A stretch of 64,000 bases of DNA from Escherichia coli (lineage in GTDB: Bacteria; Pseudomonadota; Gammaproteobacteria; Enterobacterales; Enterobacteriaceae), in assembly GCF_003334305.1 (NCBI RefSeq), contig NZ_QOWS01000018.1; one strand, 5' to 3'. This document shows, one piece after another, positions 1 to 11,271 of this stretch; the stretch's first letter is position 1; each line of letters starts with the position of its first letter. The translations under genes were made by a program, and so were the position numbers. The notes under the pieces are model-generated. The model was not told the origin of the DNA and did no database searches. It saw nothing but the letters and a program-made list of their open reading frames with translations.

Positions 1-531
1 GGAAGGATCACCGATTCACACCAGTGGAACACCTTGCTAAGTTTGCATAACGCGCAATTTTATTTGCTACAACGCACGCCAGAGGTTGCCCGCAGCCGCG
101 CCACCCCGTTATTAGATTTGATCAAGACAGCGTTGACGCCCCATCCACCGCAAAAACAGGCGTATGGTGTGACATTACCCACTTCAGTGCTGTTTATCGC
201 CGGACACGATACTAATCTGGCAAATCTCGGCGGCGCACTGGAGCTCAACTGGACGCTTCCCGGTCAGCCGGATAACACGCCGCCAGGTGGTGAACTGGTG
301 TTTGAACGCTGGCGTCGGCTAAGCGATAACAGCCAGTGGATTCAGGTTTCGCTGGTCTTCCAGACTTTACAGCAGATGCGTGATAAAACGCCGCTGTCAT
401 TAAATACGCCGCCCGGAGAGGTGAAACTGACCCTGGCAGGATGTGAAGAGCGAAATGCGCAGGGCATGTGTTCGTTGGCAGGTTTTACGCAAATCGTGAA
501 TGAAGCACGCATACCGGCGTGCAGTTTGTAA
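1..531 (+). CDS. appA: AppA periplasmic phytase/acid phosphatase, C-terminal part (gene runs off the left edge)
   Basis: Frame-1 translation from nt 1 (ITDSHQWNTLLSLHNAQFYLLQ...IPACSL*) recognised as AppA C-terminus; stop at 529-531. Confidence 0.9.
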   Translation, partial: GRITDSHQWNTLLSLHNAQFYLLQRTPEVARSRATPLLDLIKTALTPHPPQKQAYGVTLPTSVLFIAGHDTNLANLGGALELNWTLPGQPDNTPPGGELVFERWRRLSDNSQWIQVSLVFQTLQQMRDKTPLSLNTPPGEVKLTLAGCEERNAQGMCSLAGFTQIVNEARIPACSL

Positions 532-599
532 TGCATAAAAAAGAGCATTCAGTTACCTGAATGCTCTGAGGCTGATGACAAACGAAGAACTGTCTAATG

Positions 600-645
600 C
601 GTAGACCGGAAAAGGCGTTCACGCCGCATCCGGCCACTTTCAGTT
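600..645. repeat. REP (repetitive extragenic palindromic) element
   Basis: ggcgttcacgccgcatccggcc matches the REP consensus family; lies between convergent appA and etk. Confidence 0.6.
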
Positions 646-2826
646 TTACTCTTTCTCGGAGTAACTATAACCGTAATAGTTATAGCCGTAACTGTAAGCG
701 GTGCTGGCGCGTTTAATCACACCATTGAGGATAGCGCCTTTAATATTGACGCCTGCCTGTTCCAGACGCTGCATTGACAAACTCACCTCTTTGGCGGTGT
801 TCAAGCCAAAACGCGCAACCAGCAGGCTGGTGCCAACAGAACGCCCCACGACCGCGGCATCACTCACCGCCAGCATCGGCGGCGTATCGACAATCACCAG
901 ATCGTAATGGTCGTTCGCCCATTCCAGTAATTGACGCATCCGATCGCGCATCAGCAGTTCAGACGGGTTAGGTGGCACCTGACCGCGAGTAATCACATCA
1001 AAGCCTCCTTTGCCAAAATGCTGGATCACTTTGTTGAGCTCATCTTTACCTGCCAGATATTCCGACAAGCCATGTTCATTACTCACGGTAAACAGGTTAT
1101 GCGAATAACCACGGCGTAAGTCGGCATCAATAAATAACACTTTTTGATCGGACTGGGCGATCACCGCTGCCAGAGTTGAACTGACAAACGTTTTACCACT
1201 GTCTGGCGTCGCACTGGTGATCATCAGAATGTTATTCTCCGTCTCCATCATAGCGAAATGCAGACTGGTTCGTAGCGCACGTACGGCTTCCACAGCAGAA
1301 TCCGCCGGGTTATCCACCGCCAGGAAGGGGATATTTTTAGTACGATGGCGCTGCTGATTAGAAAATAAATTTTTCTTACGCAGACGGGTGCGTTTATCCA
1401 GCCACTCGGACATTGGGATAGTGGCATAAACGCTGATGCCGTGCTCTTCCAGTTGTTCCGGGGCTTCTACACCACGACGCAACATCGCACGCGCCAGCAC
1501 GGCACCCACAGAAATAAACAGGCCAAGAATAAAACCAAGCACCACATTCAACGCTTTTTTCGGTTTCACTGGCTGCGGCTGAGTGACTGCCGGGTCGATA
1601 ATCCGCACGTTACCAATGGCACTGGATTTCGAAATACTCAACTCCTGCTGGCGGTTAAGTAATTGCAGATATACCGCACGGCCCGCTTCTACGTCACGAC
1701 TTAAACGCAACACTTCCTGTTGGGTGGAAGGCATTGCCGATACCCGCTTATTCAGGCGTTTGCGTTCTTGCTCCAGCGTCTGGCGTTTTTCCAGCAGCGC
1801 ACGATAAGTTGGGTGATCTTTCTTATACAGCTGGGAGATCTCTGCCTCGCGGAAGGTCAGCTCATTGAGTTGATTATCAACGTTCACAATCTGCTCAAGA
1901 ACGGCTTTGGCTTCCAGGTTAAGGTCAACCGAATCGCGCTGCTGGCGATACACGTTGAGTTTTTCTTCCGCCTGGTCCAACTCGCTGCGCACTTCAGGTA
2001 ACTGGCGCTGTAAGAATTCAAGGCTTTGTGAATCCTGCGCCGCCTGGCGAGCGATATTCTGTTGCAAATAGTTGTTAGCGATGCTGTTCAGAATACGAGT
2101 AATCAACTGGGGATCATCACCAGTCATGGTAAGTTCCAGCATCCCGCTTTCTTTACTGCGTTCGCTAACGGTAAAGGTTTCCTGCAATGCGTTAATCGCT
2201 TCCAGTTCGGTACGCTGGCTCAGGACAAACTGTGTTCCTGGTTTGGCCTTAATGTCCGCGATAGTCAGCGCAACGCCATCTTTTTCCAGACGCTGGCCGA
2301 CCATACCATTGACGGTGAACTCTTCACCTTCCAGTGTATAGTGGCCGTTTTCCCCAACCGTGAGTGTCAGTTGCTGATCCTGACCATTCAGTTGTGGAAT
2401 ATGCATCCAGCTGATCGCCAGCTCACCTGGTTTTTCTTTGGTTAATCTCGCCCAGCCGCGACCCACAATCGGAAAATACTTCTGCTCAACTATGTCGCGC
2501 AGATTCAGTTCAGCAATGGTTTTACCGAGAATCATGCGCGATTGCAGCAGTTGGATCTCCGGTGCAGACTCGGGCGATGAGTTAGGGATCATATCGCTCA
2601 GGCCGCTGAGAATGGCGTTGCCCTGTTTTTGCTCAACCTGGACCAGAGTATCTGCCTGATAAATTGGTGTACTTAACAGCGAGTAAGCGACAGCGATCAG
2701 CGTGAATAACGCGGTCACGCTGATAATAAACTTACGGTGATCCCATAACTCGCCGACCAGACGAAGCAGATCGATCTCATTTTCCTGAGTGCTGCCTGGT
2801 GGCGTATTCATATTTTTAGTTGTCAT
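646..2826 (-). CDS. etk: Tyrosine-protein kinase Etk (Wzc paralogue, group 4 capsule)
   Basis: 726-aa ORF with N-terminal TM region, coiled-coil periplasmic part, Walker A/B kinase domain and Tyr-rich C-terminal tail (YSYGYNYYGYSYSEKE). Confidence 0.9.
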   Translation of the reverse strand: MTTKNMNTPPGSTQENEIDLLRLVGELWDHRKFIISVTALFTLIAVAYSLLSTPIYQADTLVQVEQKQGNAILSGLSDMIPNSSPESAPEIQLLQSRMILGKTIAELNLRDIVEQKYFPIVGRGWARLTKEKPGELAISWMHIPQLNGQDQQLTLTVGENGHYTLEGEEFTVNGMVGQRLEKDGVALTIADIKAKPGTQFVLSQRTELEAINALQETFTVSERSKESGMLELTMTGDDPQLITRILNSIANNYLQQNIARQAAQDSQSLEFLQRQLPEVRSELDQAEEKLNVYRQQRDSVDLNLEAKAVLEQIVNVDNQLNELTFREAEISQLYKKDHPTYRALLEKRQTLEQERKRLNKRVSAMPSTQQEVLRLSRDVEAGRAVYLQLLNRQQELSISKSSAIGNVRIIDPAVTQPQPVKPKKALNVVLGFILGLFISVGAVLARAMLRRGVEAPEQLEEHGISVYATIPMSEWLDKRTRLRKKNLFSNQQRHRTKNIPFLAVDNPADSAVEAVRALRTSLHFAMMETENNILMITSATPDSGKTFVSSTLAAVIAQSDQKVLFIDADLRRGYSHNLFTVSNEHGLSEYLAGKDELNKVIQHFGKGGFDVITRGQVPPNPSELLMRDRMRQLLEWANDHYDLVIVDTPPMLAVSDAAVVGRSVGTSLLVARFGLNTAKEVSLSMQRLEQAGVNIKGAILNGVIKRASTAYSYGYNYYGYSYSEKE

Positions 2827-2845
2827 CGTATTTTATAAACTCAAA

Positions 2846-3292
2846 TTACCGGCTGAGGCGCTTCGCCCATTCCTGACTGGCGCGCTCCAACATACCGTAG
2901 ACATGTTCAAATGCGTCCTGACTTTTACGATAGGGATCCGGGATCTCTTTCTGTTCCAGCCATTGCCCAAACAGCATTGTCTTCCCGCGGACCTCGGGAG
3001 CGATTGCGGTAACCTGAGCAATATGCTCTGACTCCATTGCCAGAATCAGATCGTAATTTCGTGCCATCTCAGCAGTGAGCTTACGTCCGGCATGTCCTTC
3101 AAGAGATACGCCATGATTAGCGGCAACATCTGCTGCTGTCGCATCTGCAGGGTGTTTTACCAGACCATGAACACCTGCCGATTTGACTTTTACGCCTGGC
3201 AGACGTTTACGCAGCAAGCGCTCGCCAATGGGCGAACGGCAAATGTTGCCGGTACAAACCACCAGGATTGAGTTAAATTTTAGTTGGGCCAT
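2846..3292 (-). CDS. etp: Low-molecular-weight protein-tyrosine phosphatase Etp
   Basis: [10 protein letters not shown]-loop motif; start taken at MAQLKF (148 aa) inside the 152-aa track ORF. Confidence 0.85.
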
Positions 3293-4419
3293 GTTTGAAT
3301 CCACCGTGAAGTCTCTGTCAGGTCATGCACCCCGGAAATCGTCGGTACCAGCAGAGAAATCACACGGTTCCAACGAGCCAGCGGCGCAGTAGTGACATAA
3401 ACAATGTCGTAAGGTTCAAGCTGGAATTCCGTTCCGAGTATCATTGCCGATGCGTCCTTCGCATTCAGCTGATAAATATTGGCGATTTTGCCATTCTGCT
3501 TGTTTTGCGTTGCACGAATAACAAAAATCCCCGTCGCATCAGCGACATCCTGATTCATACCCTCAGCGTTACCCAGCGCTTCCGCCAGGGTCATACCGCT
3601 GCGGTCCATTTTCAGCGTGCTCTGTTTACCCACTTCACCCATCACGAAGACTTTCAGATCATCGTTGCGCGGAATAAATAAAATATCGCCCGGGTGCAGC
3701 AGTTTGTTCTGGCGCAAGTCGCCACGCTGCATCAGCGCATAGAGGTTCACTTTGGTCTTTACGCCATTCTGGGTGAGCACCACGTTGCGCCAGTCTGCAT
3801 CTGCGGTCAGACCGCCCGCGGCGTTAATCGCATCCATGATGGTCAGAGGAATATTGGTAATCGGCTGCTGACCCGATTTGCTGACTTCGCCGGTGACGTA
3901 CGCTTTTTGCGAGCGGAACGCCGCGACGCTGACATCGACTTGCGGGCTTTCAATGACTGAATCCAGACGCGCTGTAATCTCGTTGCGTACCTGGGTAAGT
4001 GTTTTCCCGGCCACTTTCAGGCGACCAATATAGGGGTAGAAAATCGCACCATCGGCGTTAACCCAGTTGCCGGTATCACTGGCGCTACGGTATTGCCCTG
4101 CGGGGGTGGTTAGTTCCGGGTGATCCCAGACCGTAACCATCAACACATCCCCAATGCCGATACGATATTCATAGTTTGCGATTTGCTGCTCCAGCTCCGG
4201 GTTAGCCTGCGACATAATCGGTTTGGCGCGCAACTGATCAATCAATCCTGGCGTGACGGGATAGATATTGACCATTTTGTCCAGGTCATACTGATTGTCA
4301 GGTAGTTCAATGACATCCTTGTTACTGGTCGATAAATTCTGACCAGGAACAAGGGTACATGCTGTCAAAGACAGAACAGCCAATGTCAGTACCGAAAACT
4401 TAAAAATGTTCTTTTTCAT
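3280..4419 (-). CDS. gfcE: Wza-like outer-membrane polysaccharide export lipoprotein GfcE
   Basis: Lipoprotein signal (LTAC) and Wza-family sequence; start taken at MKKNIF (379 aa). Confidence 0.85.
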
Positions 4420-4464
4420 TGGTTTATATTTATCAGTCAATGTAATGTTATGAATTACGTCAGG

Positions 4465-6561
4465 TTATTGTCCAACCGGTACTTCTCGCTCTGCCGTCAT
4501 TGGATAGAGCTGGTATTTGCGTGACAGCATTTGTCCACCATCACGCGTCAATGGTGTCCACGAAACCACCGCGCGGTTGCGGTTAGGTCCAATGGTCATC
4601 AAGTCGAATGGAATCGAGATATAAAAACCTTTACTAAAGCCGCCTTCGCCGTAGTCATCTTTAGATACGTTACTGATTGCCGCCCATACCCCTACCGCCA
4701 CGCCGCTGTCAAAGCGTTTGGCGACGTCGATCGTTGCGCCTTTATCTTTTGCCAGATATTGCCCAACGCTAAGTTTCATCAGTACGCCATTGAGCGTCGG
4801 CGGGTTCCAGTAAGCCGTCACGAAACCTGTTGGCGTGGAATAATCGGTGAAACGCATCATGTTGTCCCAGTCACGTTGCTTCACGTAGTTAACGTCCACA
4901 CCCAGCGCCCAGCTGGCATCTAGCGGGCGATAAAGCAGCTCGGAACCGACACCGGCGTACATCGTTTCCAGATAACCGCCATACACCTGGCCATAGAAAC
5001 CATTGCCTAAGTCGGCAAAGTAGTTCGCCTGCAAGTTGTTGAGATAAACGTCATTGCGAACGTAATCACGGATATGCGTGCGCACGCGGGGCAGGGTAGA
5101 GTCCGCGGGCAACAGCGAAGACTTAAACTTGTCGTAGTTGTTGTAAATATTGGTGAAAATACCGCCATCAAGCAGCAGGTGGTCGGTAAACCAGTAGCGG
5201 GCACTGGACATCAGCCCCAGCTGGAACATATAGAAATCTTCCGGGCCGCCCAGCGACTGTGAAAGTGTTGGGTTGAAAGAGTAGCTAAAGCGATCTTCAC
5301 GAATACGGTAGCCCCGACCAAAGGCAGAAAGATCTTCTGCTTCAACACGTTGTTGTTGAAGTTGCTCTGATTGACCAGGCGCTGTACCAGCCAGCTGTTT
5401 GCGCAGGCTGGCTACGTCGGTTTCGGTAGTCACCATCGCCATATGCTCGCGCTTTTGCGTCACGCTAATCTTCTCAACGCCTTGCGGCAGGTTATTCACC
5501 AGAATCCGGTTGGCACGATCGACCGCTTCGCGAGAATCACGGTATTTGTATTGTTGACCAGACATATACAGCGTCTTATCGCGCAGCTGAATTTCCGGTG
5601 CTTCAAAACCTGCGTTGTACTTCAGCGCGGTAAGTTGGTTCGCTACTGTGGTGTACTGCAATCCTTCAGATTCAGGCGCAGGTTGATATGCCGGTTTTGG
5701 CGTATCGCGCAGGGCAGGGCGCAGATCGTTGAAATTGGTCCGTAACGTGAAGCCAAACATCAACGTGTTACCGCGTTCATAACTCAGGTTGAGATCTGCC
5801 CAGCTGGCAGCGCGATAAACTGCGCCGACGTTGAAATGGCTTGCCTGAGGCAGTTTGCCAGCGAAATCATTCTGGTAATTGTTGCCATCGTATTCGAGTT
5901 TCAGACGCAGGGGATTCCACGGCGTTTGATACTCAATGCCGCCAAAGATGGAAGCCGGGCCACGAAAGATATCGCTAAAGCTGATATCGCCCGCATCGTG
6001 AGACTCTGCGCGATGACAATATTTATCGCTCACCCGGCAAAACGGGTTGGTAATATTGCCCGCATTACCGGCGTAGCCCCATGCCATCCCGAGGGTGAAA
6101 TCAAATGGCCCCGCTTGCTTGCTGGCCACCAGATACTCACCGTCAAACAGACCCGTACCAGCAATATCACGTTTACCAAACGCCACTTGCGGTAGCCAGT
6201 AACCTTCTTCCCACAGGCGAAGTTTAAAATCGAATGATTTGTCTTTGTATGACTGATCGCCGCTGAAATCTTCCCACTGGCTATATTTGCGTGTGCGCAC
6301 ATCCGTATAACGAATGGTGCCTTCCAGCCATGGGAACAGCGCCACGGAGGTGGAGTAGAACCGGTATTGATCGTTATCCCGGTAGTTGACGCTGAATTCA
6401 CCTTCCGGTGCGATGCGCGCATTTGGCATCTGCAACAATCCTGTGCCGCCAAAGTCTGATTGCGACGAACCCAGCGGATCCGGGTAGGTTAATACTTCAG
6501 CATGACAGGCACTGGAGACGGCAATGGCCAGGCAGCTTAAAAGATAAGAATTCTTCTTCAT
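4465..6561 (-). CDS. gfcD: Group 4 capsule outer-membrane protein GfcD
   Basis: 698-aa ORF with signal peptide; synteny within the gfc operon. Confidence 0.85.
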   Translation of the reverse strand: MKKNSYLLSCLAIAVSSACHAEVLTYPDPLGSSQSDFGGTGLLQMPNARIAPEGEFSVNYRDNDQYRFYSTSVALFPWLEGTIRYTDVRTRKYSQWEDFSGDQSYKDKSFDFKLRLWEEGYWLPQVAFGKRDIAGTGLFDGEYLVASKQAGPFDFTLGMAWGYAGNAGNITNPFCRVSDKYCHRAESHDAGDISFSDIFRGPASIFGGIEYQTPWNPLRLKLEYDGNNYQNDFAGKLPQASHFNVGAVYRAASWADLNLSYERGNTLMFGFTLRTNFNDLRPALRDTPKPAYQPAPESEGLQYTTVANQLTALKYNAGFEAPEIQLRDKTLYMSGQQYKYRDSREAVDRANRILVNNLPQGVEKISVTQKREHMAMVTTETDVASLRKQLAGTAPGQSEQLQQQRVEAEDLSAFGRGYRIREDRFSYSFNPTLSQSLGGPEDFYMFQLGLMSSARYWFTDHLLLDGGIFTNIYNNYDKFKSSLLPADSTLPRVRTHIRDYVRNDVYLNNLQANYFADLGNGFYGQVYGGYLETMYAGVGSELLYRPLDASWALGVDVNYVKQRDWDNMMRFTDYSTPTGFVTAYWNPPTLNGVLMKLSVGQYLAKDKGATIDVAKRFDSGVAVGVWAAISNVSKDDYGEGGFSKGFYISIPFDLMTIGPNRNRAVVSWTPLTRDGGQMLSRKYQLYPMTAEREVPVGQ

Positions 6562-7307
6562 CAGTCAGGAACACGTTGCGTTAAAACAGACACAATCTGG
6601 TCATTTAAATCAGCATATTTTTCGGGCAGTACATGCGCAGAAAAGCCCAACCAAAGCTGGCTGCCAGGCGGTGGTTCCACATGTCTTTTATTCCACAGGG
6701 CAACAGGGGCGACGACAGTCTCACCCTCAGGCGTAATCACCATAACGTTATTCTTGTCCGCGCCTGCAAGGCGGGGGTGATCTTGCAGATAATCGGTAAC
6801 GCTACGGCCTGCCTGCCAGGGCAATTGCCCGGCCCCAGAAACCGCACCCAGCAGAGTAATAGTCACCGGACGCTGTACGGTATAGAGCGTATAGTCCCCG
6901 ACCAACGGGGGATTGCTGTTCTCATCCACTCGTACAAAATCAGGGTCCAGTTTGACCGGTAAGCGACCAGTGATATTGAGATTGAGTAACTGCTGGCGCA
7001 CGGATTTAATCGTTGCCGCCACATCGTCGTCAGCTTCTGCTTCCCAGGAAGCAAGCTGTGCCATGACATGTTGGTAGTCTTTAAGCGCTTTAGCTTTCGC
7101 CGCAGAGTCGGTCAGCAAGGCACCAGGCCACCAGAGGCGATCGCGCAGTTGCGGTTGTGTCACCAACTGGACAACATTTTCCATGGGGCCAACGGAAAGT
7201 GTCTGTTGTTCGCCAGGCAGATAAATAGTCACCGTTCCTTGCGCAAAGGCATGGGGTGTCATTACGTAAAGTACGCTGGCAATGAAATACGACTGTAATT
7301 TATTCAT
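6561..7307 (-). CDS. gfcC: Group 4 capsule protein GfcC
   Basis: 248-aa ORF with signal peptide; operon synteny. Confidence 0.85.
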   Translation of the reverse strand: MNKLQSYFIASVLYVMTPHAFAQGTVTIYLPGEQQTLSVGPMENVVQLVTQPQLRDRLWWPGALLTDSAAKAKALKDYQHVMAQLASWEAEADDDVAATIKSVRQQLLNLNITGRLPVKLDPDFVRVDENSNPPLVGDYTLYTVQRPVTITLLGAVSGAGQLPWQAGRSVTDYLQDHPRLAGADKNNVMVITPEGETVVAPVALWNKRHVEPPPGSQLWLGFSAHVLPEKYADLNDQIVSVLTQRVPD

Positions 7308-7948
7308 GGTGCGGGTTTAAGAAACGTCATTTCTACGGGAATAACCCCTGCGCCTAACATTTGCCGACTTTGACGAACCTGGCCAGTAGCCGAATCGACC
7401 CAGAATGTGTTTTGCCACTGTTTTTCTGGCCGCGTGGAAGTCACCTCTTCCTGCCAGACATTACACAGCACATTGCGACCCGCAATATTCAGCGTCTCTA
7501 ATCCAGCAAAGGAAAAAGTAGAACTCAGGGTCGCAGAGCGAAAATGGTTGTCTTCACTCCAGAGAATATCGCGCGTCCAGCGGCTGCCATCTTTTATTGC
7601 CAGCGCGTTACGCAGAGGGTCCTGCCCGGAATTTGTCACTTCCAGCAGATTATTATTAAGTTTGACGGTTTTTAAAAGACGTCCATTGTGGGTAACCAGC
7701 ATGGCGTTATCCTGGGATAACCATTTGCTTTGTTCTTGTTCTATATATCCCAGTACCACAAAGATTCGTTGCCCTTCATTAAGGCGTAAATACATAGTGG
7801 AATAAGGCAACGCCTGGATCTGCTGATCCGCTACGGTGATATCCTGATTATCGAAAAGGCTGGCGCGAAATGTATCGACCATACTTTGCTGGCTGTGCGT
7901 ACATCCCGCAAGAAATAGTGCGAAAATCGATAAAATAAGAGGGCGCAC
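7304..7948 (-). CDS. gfcB: Group 4 capsule lipoprotein GfcB
   Basis: 214-aa ORF with lipobox (LAGC); operon synteny. Confidence 0.85.
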   Translation of the reverse strand: MRPLILSIFALFLAGCTHSQQSMVDTFRASLFDNQDITVADQQIQALPYSTMYLRLNEGQRIFVVLGYIEQEQSKWLSQDNAMLVTHNGRLLKTVKLNNNLLEVTNSGQDPLRNALAIKDGSRWTRDILWSEDNHFRSATLSSTFSFAGLETLNIAGRNVLCNVWQEEVTSTRPEKQWQNTFWVDSATGQVRQSRQMLGAGVIPVEMTFLKPAP

Positions 7949-8054
7949 CTTTAATCCTTGAAAGGTTAATTAAAAAAATGCAAATCTCTAAAGCCCGGTA
8001 CGAATATCGCAACCGGGTATCATTTAACTTTAATTTCGACGCGTTAAAGCAGTA

Positions 8055-8360
8055 TTAGCGTGTAGTGGACGTGGTGGTTGAGGTGTTATGAGAACCGCCA
8101 TCGCCACTGTCATTTGCTGCAACAACTGCCAACGTCGCCACACCAACAGCCGTTGCCACACCGACAACTGTCGCCGTGCCGACAGCGCCAGCAGCCACGC
8201 CACCAGTGGTAGTAGCAGTCGTGGTTGCGCCGGTAGTGGTCGTTGTGGTGCCAGTAGTACCCGTCGTTGCCTCGGTCCCGTTTGTTGCTTCAGGGGCAGC
8301 AAACGCAGCTGGCGTCGTCAACATGAAGGCCATAAGGATTGCAGAAAGCTTGTGTTTCAT
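8055..8360 (-). CDS. gfcA: Thr-rich secreted protein GfcA
   Basis: Signal peptide followed by a Thr/Gly/Ala-rich low-complexity region; start taken at MKHKLSAIL. Confidence 0.75.
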   Translation of the reverse strand: MKHKLSAILMAFMLTTPAAFAAPEATNGTEATTGTTGTTTTTTGATTTATTTGGVAAGAVGTATVVGVATAVGVATLAVVAANDSGDGGSHNTSTTTSTTR

Positions 8361-8801
8361 AACTTTTCCTTTATTCATCGCATGGACAATACGTACGCTT
8401 GAGATCAGGATTGTCTACTTTGAGTATAACATCCTTGTGAAATCTCCCTTTCCTCATACCGCTTGCACTATATACTGCGGGTAGGAAAGGCGCGCAGAGG
8501 GAAATATAAGATTGTTAACTATCCCCCTCTGGAAATACGACTTGTGAGCATAAGATAAATCTTAGCAAAATACAAATTAAAGATAAGGAAATTGTTACGA
8601 AAGCTATTAATTATTGTTGGTAATATAGTTTCAAGTGGTACTATAACTGGCTGTTAAATGGCATTTATAACTATTAGGTGCAGAGATATTCGCTTAAATG
8701 GATTAGTTTCTTTGTGGAAAAGTAACTGATGTTATAATGTATGGTGTTGACTATTGCACTATTCCAATAAAACCAGTCAGCTTTAAACAAGCAGCGTCAT
8801 A

Positions 8802-9014
8802 TTAAGAGAGATAAACATTTGCCGCTGTTGGTCCTCGCAGGCCATTTACGCGGCAAAATTCCACACGTAATCCTGGTATAAGCACTTCTGCGTCGCGGGG
8901 AGTGAATGCGGAAATATGGACCTGAACTTCTTTACGACCGTCGGAGGGGATAATGAATCCTTTGCCGCTTTTGCGATCAAAGGTTTTGACAATTCCTGTC
9001 ATTTTACGGGACAA
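8802..9014 (-). CDS. cspH: Cold-shock-like protein CspH
   Basis: 70-aa cold-shock domain protein. Confidence 0.9.
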
Positions 9015-9299
9015 ACAAATTCCTTACTGAAAATACTGCGCTGCACTATACGGGGTTAATAAAATAAAGCCAGCGATATTTAAGACCGCCGGACGGCTAA
9101 AATAAAATTTGCTTAATCTCAATTATCATGCGTTAATAGCTGCGTCGGTTTGAAAGACAGACAGCATACAAAGTAGTTTACTAAAGCAGTTCTCATTATC
9201 AGGCATTATCCCCTTCTTTTGAGTCTCTCTCCTGAACACTAAGTAGTTTCTGTATTAAAGCCCTGTTTGCCGAAAGGCCCAAAATGAAGGAAGTAAAAT

Positions 9300-9512
9300 A
9301 TGTCTAATAAAATGACTGGTTTAGTAAAATGGTTTAACGCAGATAAAGGTTTTGGCTTTATCACTCCTGATGATGGCAGCAAAGACGTTTTCGTCCATTT
9401 CACTGCCATCCAGAGCAATGAATTCCGCACGCTGAACGAAAATCAGAAAGTTGAATTTTCTATTGAGCAGGGGCAACGTGGCCCCGCGGCAGCGAACGTT
9501 GTTACGCTCTAA
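9300..9512 (+). CDS. cspG: Cold-shock protein CspG
   Basis: 70-aa CSD protein ([21 protein letters not shown]...); strong RBS upstream. Confidence 0.9.
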   Translation: MSNKMTGLVKWFNADKGFGFITPDDGSKDVFVHFTAIQSNEFRTLNENQKVEFSIEQGQRGPAAANVVTL

Positions 9513-9711
9513 GGTTGCCGTTATTACTCAACATCTCCATTTCCGCTGTCCATGTTGTCATGGTTCACAGTACCGTACATCGGCATTCGATGTGACGGAG
9601 CGAAACCCTTTGGGCGCTAAGTGTATTTTTTGTAAATCGACGATGATCACCTTTGATAACGTCGCGCTGCAAATATGCACGGACCATGCGCCGCTGGATT
9701 TCACAAAATAA
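9451..9711 (+). CDS. Small Cys-rich (zinc-ribbon-like) protein in the cspG-gnsA interval; true start uncertain, probably downstream of the cspG stop
   Basis: ORF with CPCC...C...C motif; the track ORF start overlaps cspG so the real start is likely internal or non-ATG. Confidence 0.3.
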   Translation: MNFLLSRGNVAPRQRTLLRSKVAVITQHLHFRCPCCHGSQYRTSAFDVTERNPLGAKCIFCKSTMITFDNVALQICTDHAPLDFTK

Positions 9712-9916
9712 TATCAGGCTCCCTCGTGGAGCCTTTTTTATATCTGCCTTATTTTTCTTCAACGCTGTATGTATAGTAAGCGATAACCTGTTGATTATTG
9801 AATCTTTCGGGGAGATGGCTTATAACATTTCTTACCTGACCAGGGTACCGGGAACCAACACCTTACTGGCGTGTTGCTGTCTTTCAAGACCAGAAGAGGT
9901 TAACAGTGAATATTGA
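9686..9916 (+). CDS. ymcE: Small hydrophobic protein, 76 aa (position and length consistent with ymcE/sfa)
   Basis: 76 aa from MRRWISQNN... inside the 87-aa track ORF; assignment is from recalled synteny and length, sequence identity not verified. Confidence 0.45.
   Translation: MRRWISQNNIRLPRGAFFISALFFFNAVCIVSDNLLIIESFGEMAYNISYLTRVPGTNTLLACCCLSRPEEVNSEY
9716..9740 (+). terminator. Intrinsic terminator-like hairpin downstream of cspG
   Basis: ggctcc-ctcgt-ggagcc stem-loop followed by tttttta. Confidence 0.6.
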
Positions 9917-10079
9917 AGAGTTAAAAAAACAAGCCGAAACGGAAATCGCCGACTTTATCGCGCAAAAAATCGCCGAGCTGAACAAGAATACAGGGAAAGA
10001 AGTCTCTGAAATTCGCTTCACCGCACGAGAAAAAATGACCGGGCTTGAAAGTTATGATGTCAAAATCAAAATAATGTGA
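9906..10079 (+). CDS. gnsA: GnsA (secG null-mutant suppressor), 57 aa, GTG start
   Basis: Translation MNIEELKKQAETEIADFIAQKIAELNKNTGKEVSEIRFTAREKMTGLESYDVKIKIM recognised; below the 60-aa track cutoff. Confidence 0.8.
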   Translation: MNIEELKKQAETEIADFIAQKIAELNKNTGKEVSEIRFTAREKMTGLESYDVKIKIM

Positions 10080-10126
10080 TTTTGTGAACATCACCCGTGC
10101 GAGGTGATGTTCCGCTTGTTGCTAAT

Positions 10127-11200
10127 TTAGTGACCAATCATTGGCGCTTGTGGAATTAAGCGTCGGTACAATTCATCCGGTACCGGGCTTTGCCATACTC
10201 CCGCATACATTGCGTAACCAATCACCGCAAACATAATCCCCAGAACCAGTAGCGTCATTAACCAGCCAGACAACGCAAAGGCTTTTTTATTTGCCGCAGG
10301 TTTTTGCAGTGAAAAGGTCAATGTTGAGGCTACCGGACATGACTCTACGCAAGTCATACAGCCGGTACATTCCACTGTTCGTACCTGAATTAATTTATCT
10401 ACCGGGATCCGTGATGGGCAATTTTTTGCGCATTTGCCACAGCCGATACAACTTTCGGCATTGCGACGAATCTTAAACGGCGATAATAGCGAAACCACGC
10501 CCATCAGCGCGCCATATGGGCAAAGATAACGACACCAGGCATGGCGAATAAACAGGCTGGCAATCAGCAAAACGGTCACGCTGATTAATGTCGCGGTCCC
10601 CATATGACGAAAGAAATCGAGCATTTTTACGTCCATCACCACGCTGTAGGGCGACAACATAAAATAGTGAATCGCCTGAGCGGGCATCAATAACGCGATA
10701 TAGAGAAAAAAACTCAACAGCAAATACTTCACGCCGCGCAGAGGAATATCCAGCCAGCGGGGAAGGACACATTGCCGACCAAACAGTTTGTTACCGAGAT
10801 CGCCGATTAATTCAGAAAGCGTACCAACCGGGCATAACCATGAGCAAAAGGCCTTTTTGAGTAATAGACTGATGACGATAAAAGCGACCAATAACAGCAT
10901 CGCGGCGGCGTGGACGGACGGTAACTGACCTGTTGTAAGGCTATATTTCAGATTCATCAGACCGGCAATCGGTAGCCAGCCTTCGATACCTCCCGGTCTG
11001 GCGACAAATGTCGTGCTACTTGCCGTTTCGTAATAGCGCACCCAATACCAGAACGTGATGGCAATATAAATATTCATTGCCAACAGTAATAATTGCGTCG
11101 CTTTACGCCAGGTCGTGGCATTGCGCCAGTCATTCCACGGTAATTTGCCGCCCGTCGTGCCTGGCCGCCGCTGCCAGCGGGTTCTTTTTTTCTCTGCCAT
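10127..11200 (-). CDS. yccM: Membrane 4Fe-4S ferredoxin-type protein YccM
   Basis: 357-aa ORF with multiple TM segments and CxxCxxC cysteine clusters. Confidence 0.85.
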   Translation of the reverse strand: MAEKKRTRWQRRPGTTGGKLPWNDWRNATTWRKATQLLLLAMNIYIAITFWYWVRYYETASSTTFVARPGGIEGWLPIAGLMNLKYSLTTGQLPSVHAAAMLLLVAFIVISLLLKKAFCSWLCPVGTLSELIGDLGNKLFGRQCVLPRWLDIPLRGVKYLLLSFFLYIALLMPAQAIHYFMLSPYSVVMDVKMLDFFRHMGTATLISVTVLLIASLFIRHAWCRYLCPYGALMGVVSLLSPFKIRRNAESCIGCGKCAKNCPSRIPVDKLIQVRTVECTGCMTCVESCPVASTLTFSLQKPAANKKAFALSGWLMTLLVLGIMFAVIGYAMYAGVWQSPVPDELYRRLIPQAPMIGH

Positions 11201-11271
11201 GATTTTGCCAGTCCGTTAAGTTGCATACCAAATGCCACTATTCTAGTTGTTCTTAACTGGCTGATATTGAT

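Noticed and set aside
701-2445. Numerous 60-130-aa ORFs on the strand opposite etk, and similar antisense or out-of-frame ORFs inside torS, torA, putA, pgaB and others
   Set aside because: They lie entirely inside well-recognised long genes and have no RBS support or recognisable motifs; they are six-frame noise
8088-8484. Plus-strand ORFs of 102-104 aa overlapping gfcA
   Set aside because: They are translations of the GC-skewed Thr/Ala/Gly-coding repeat region of gfcA read in other frames or antisense
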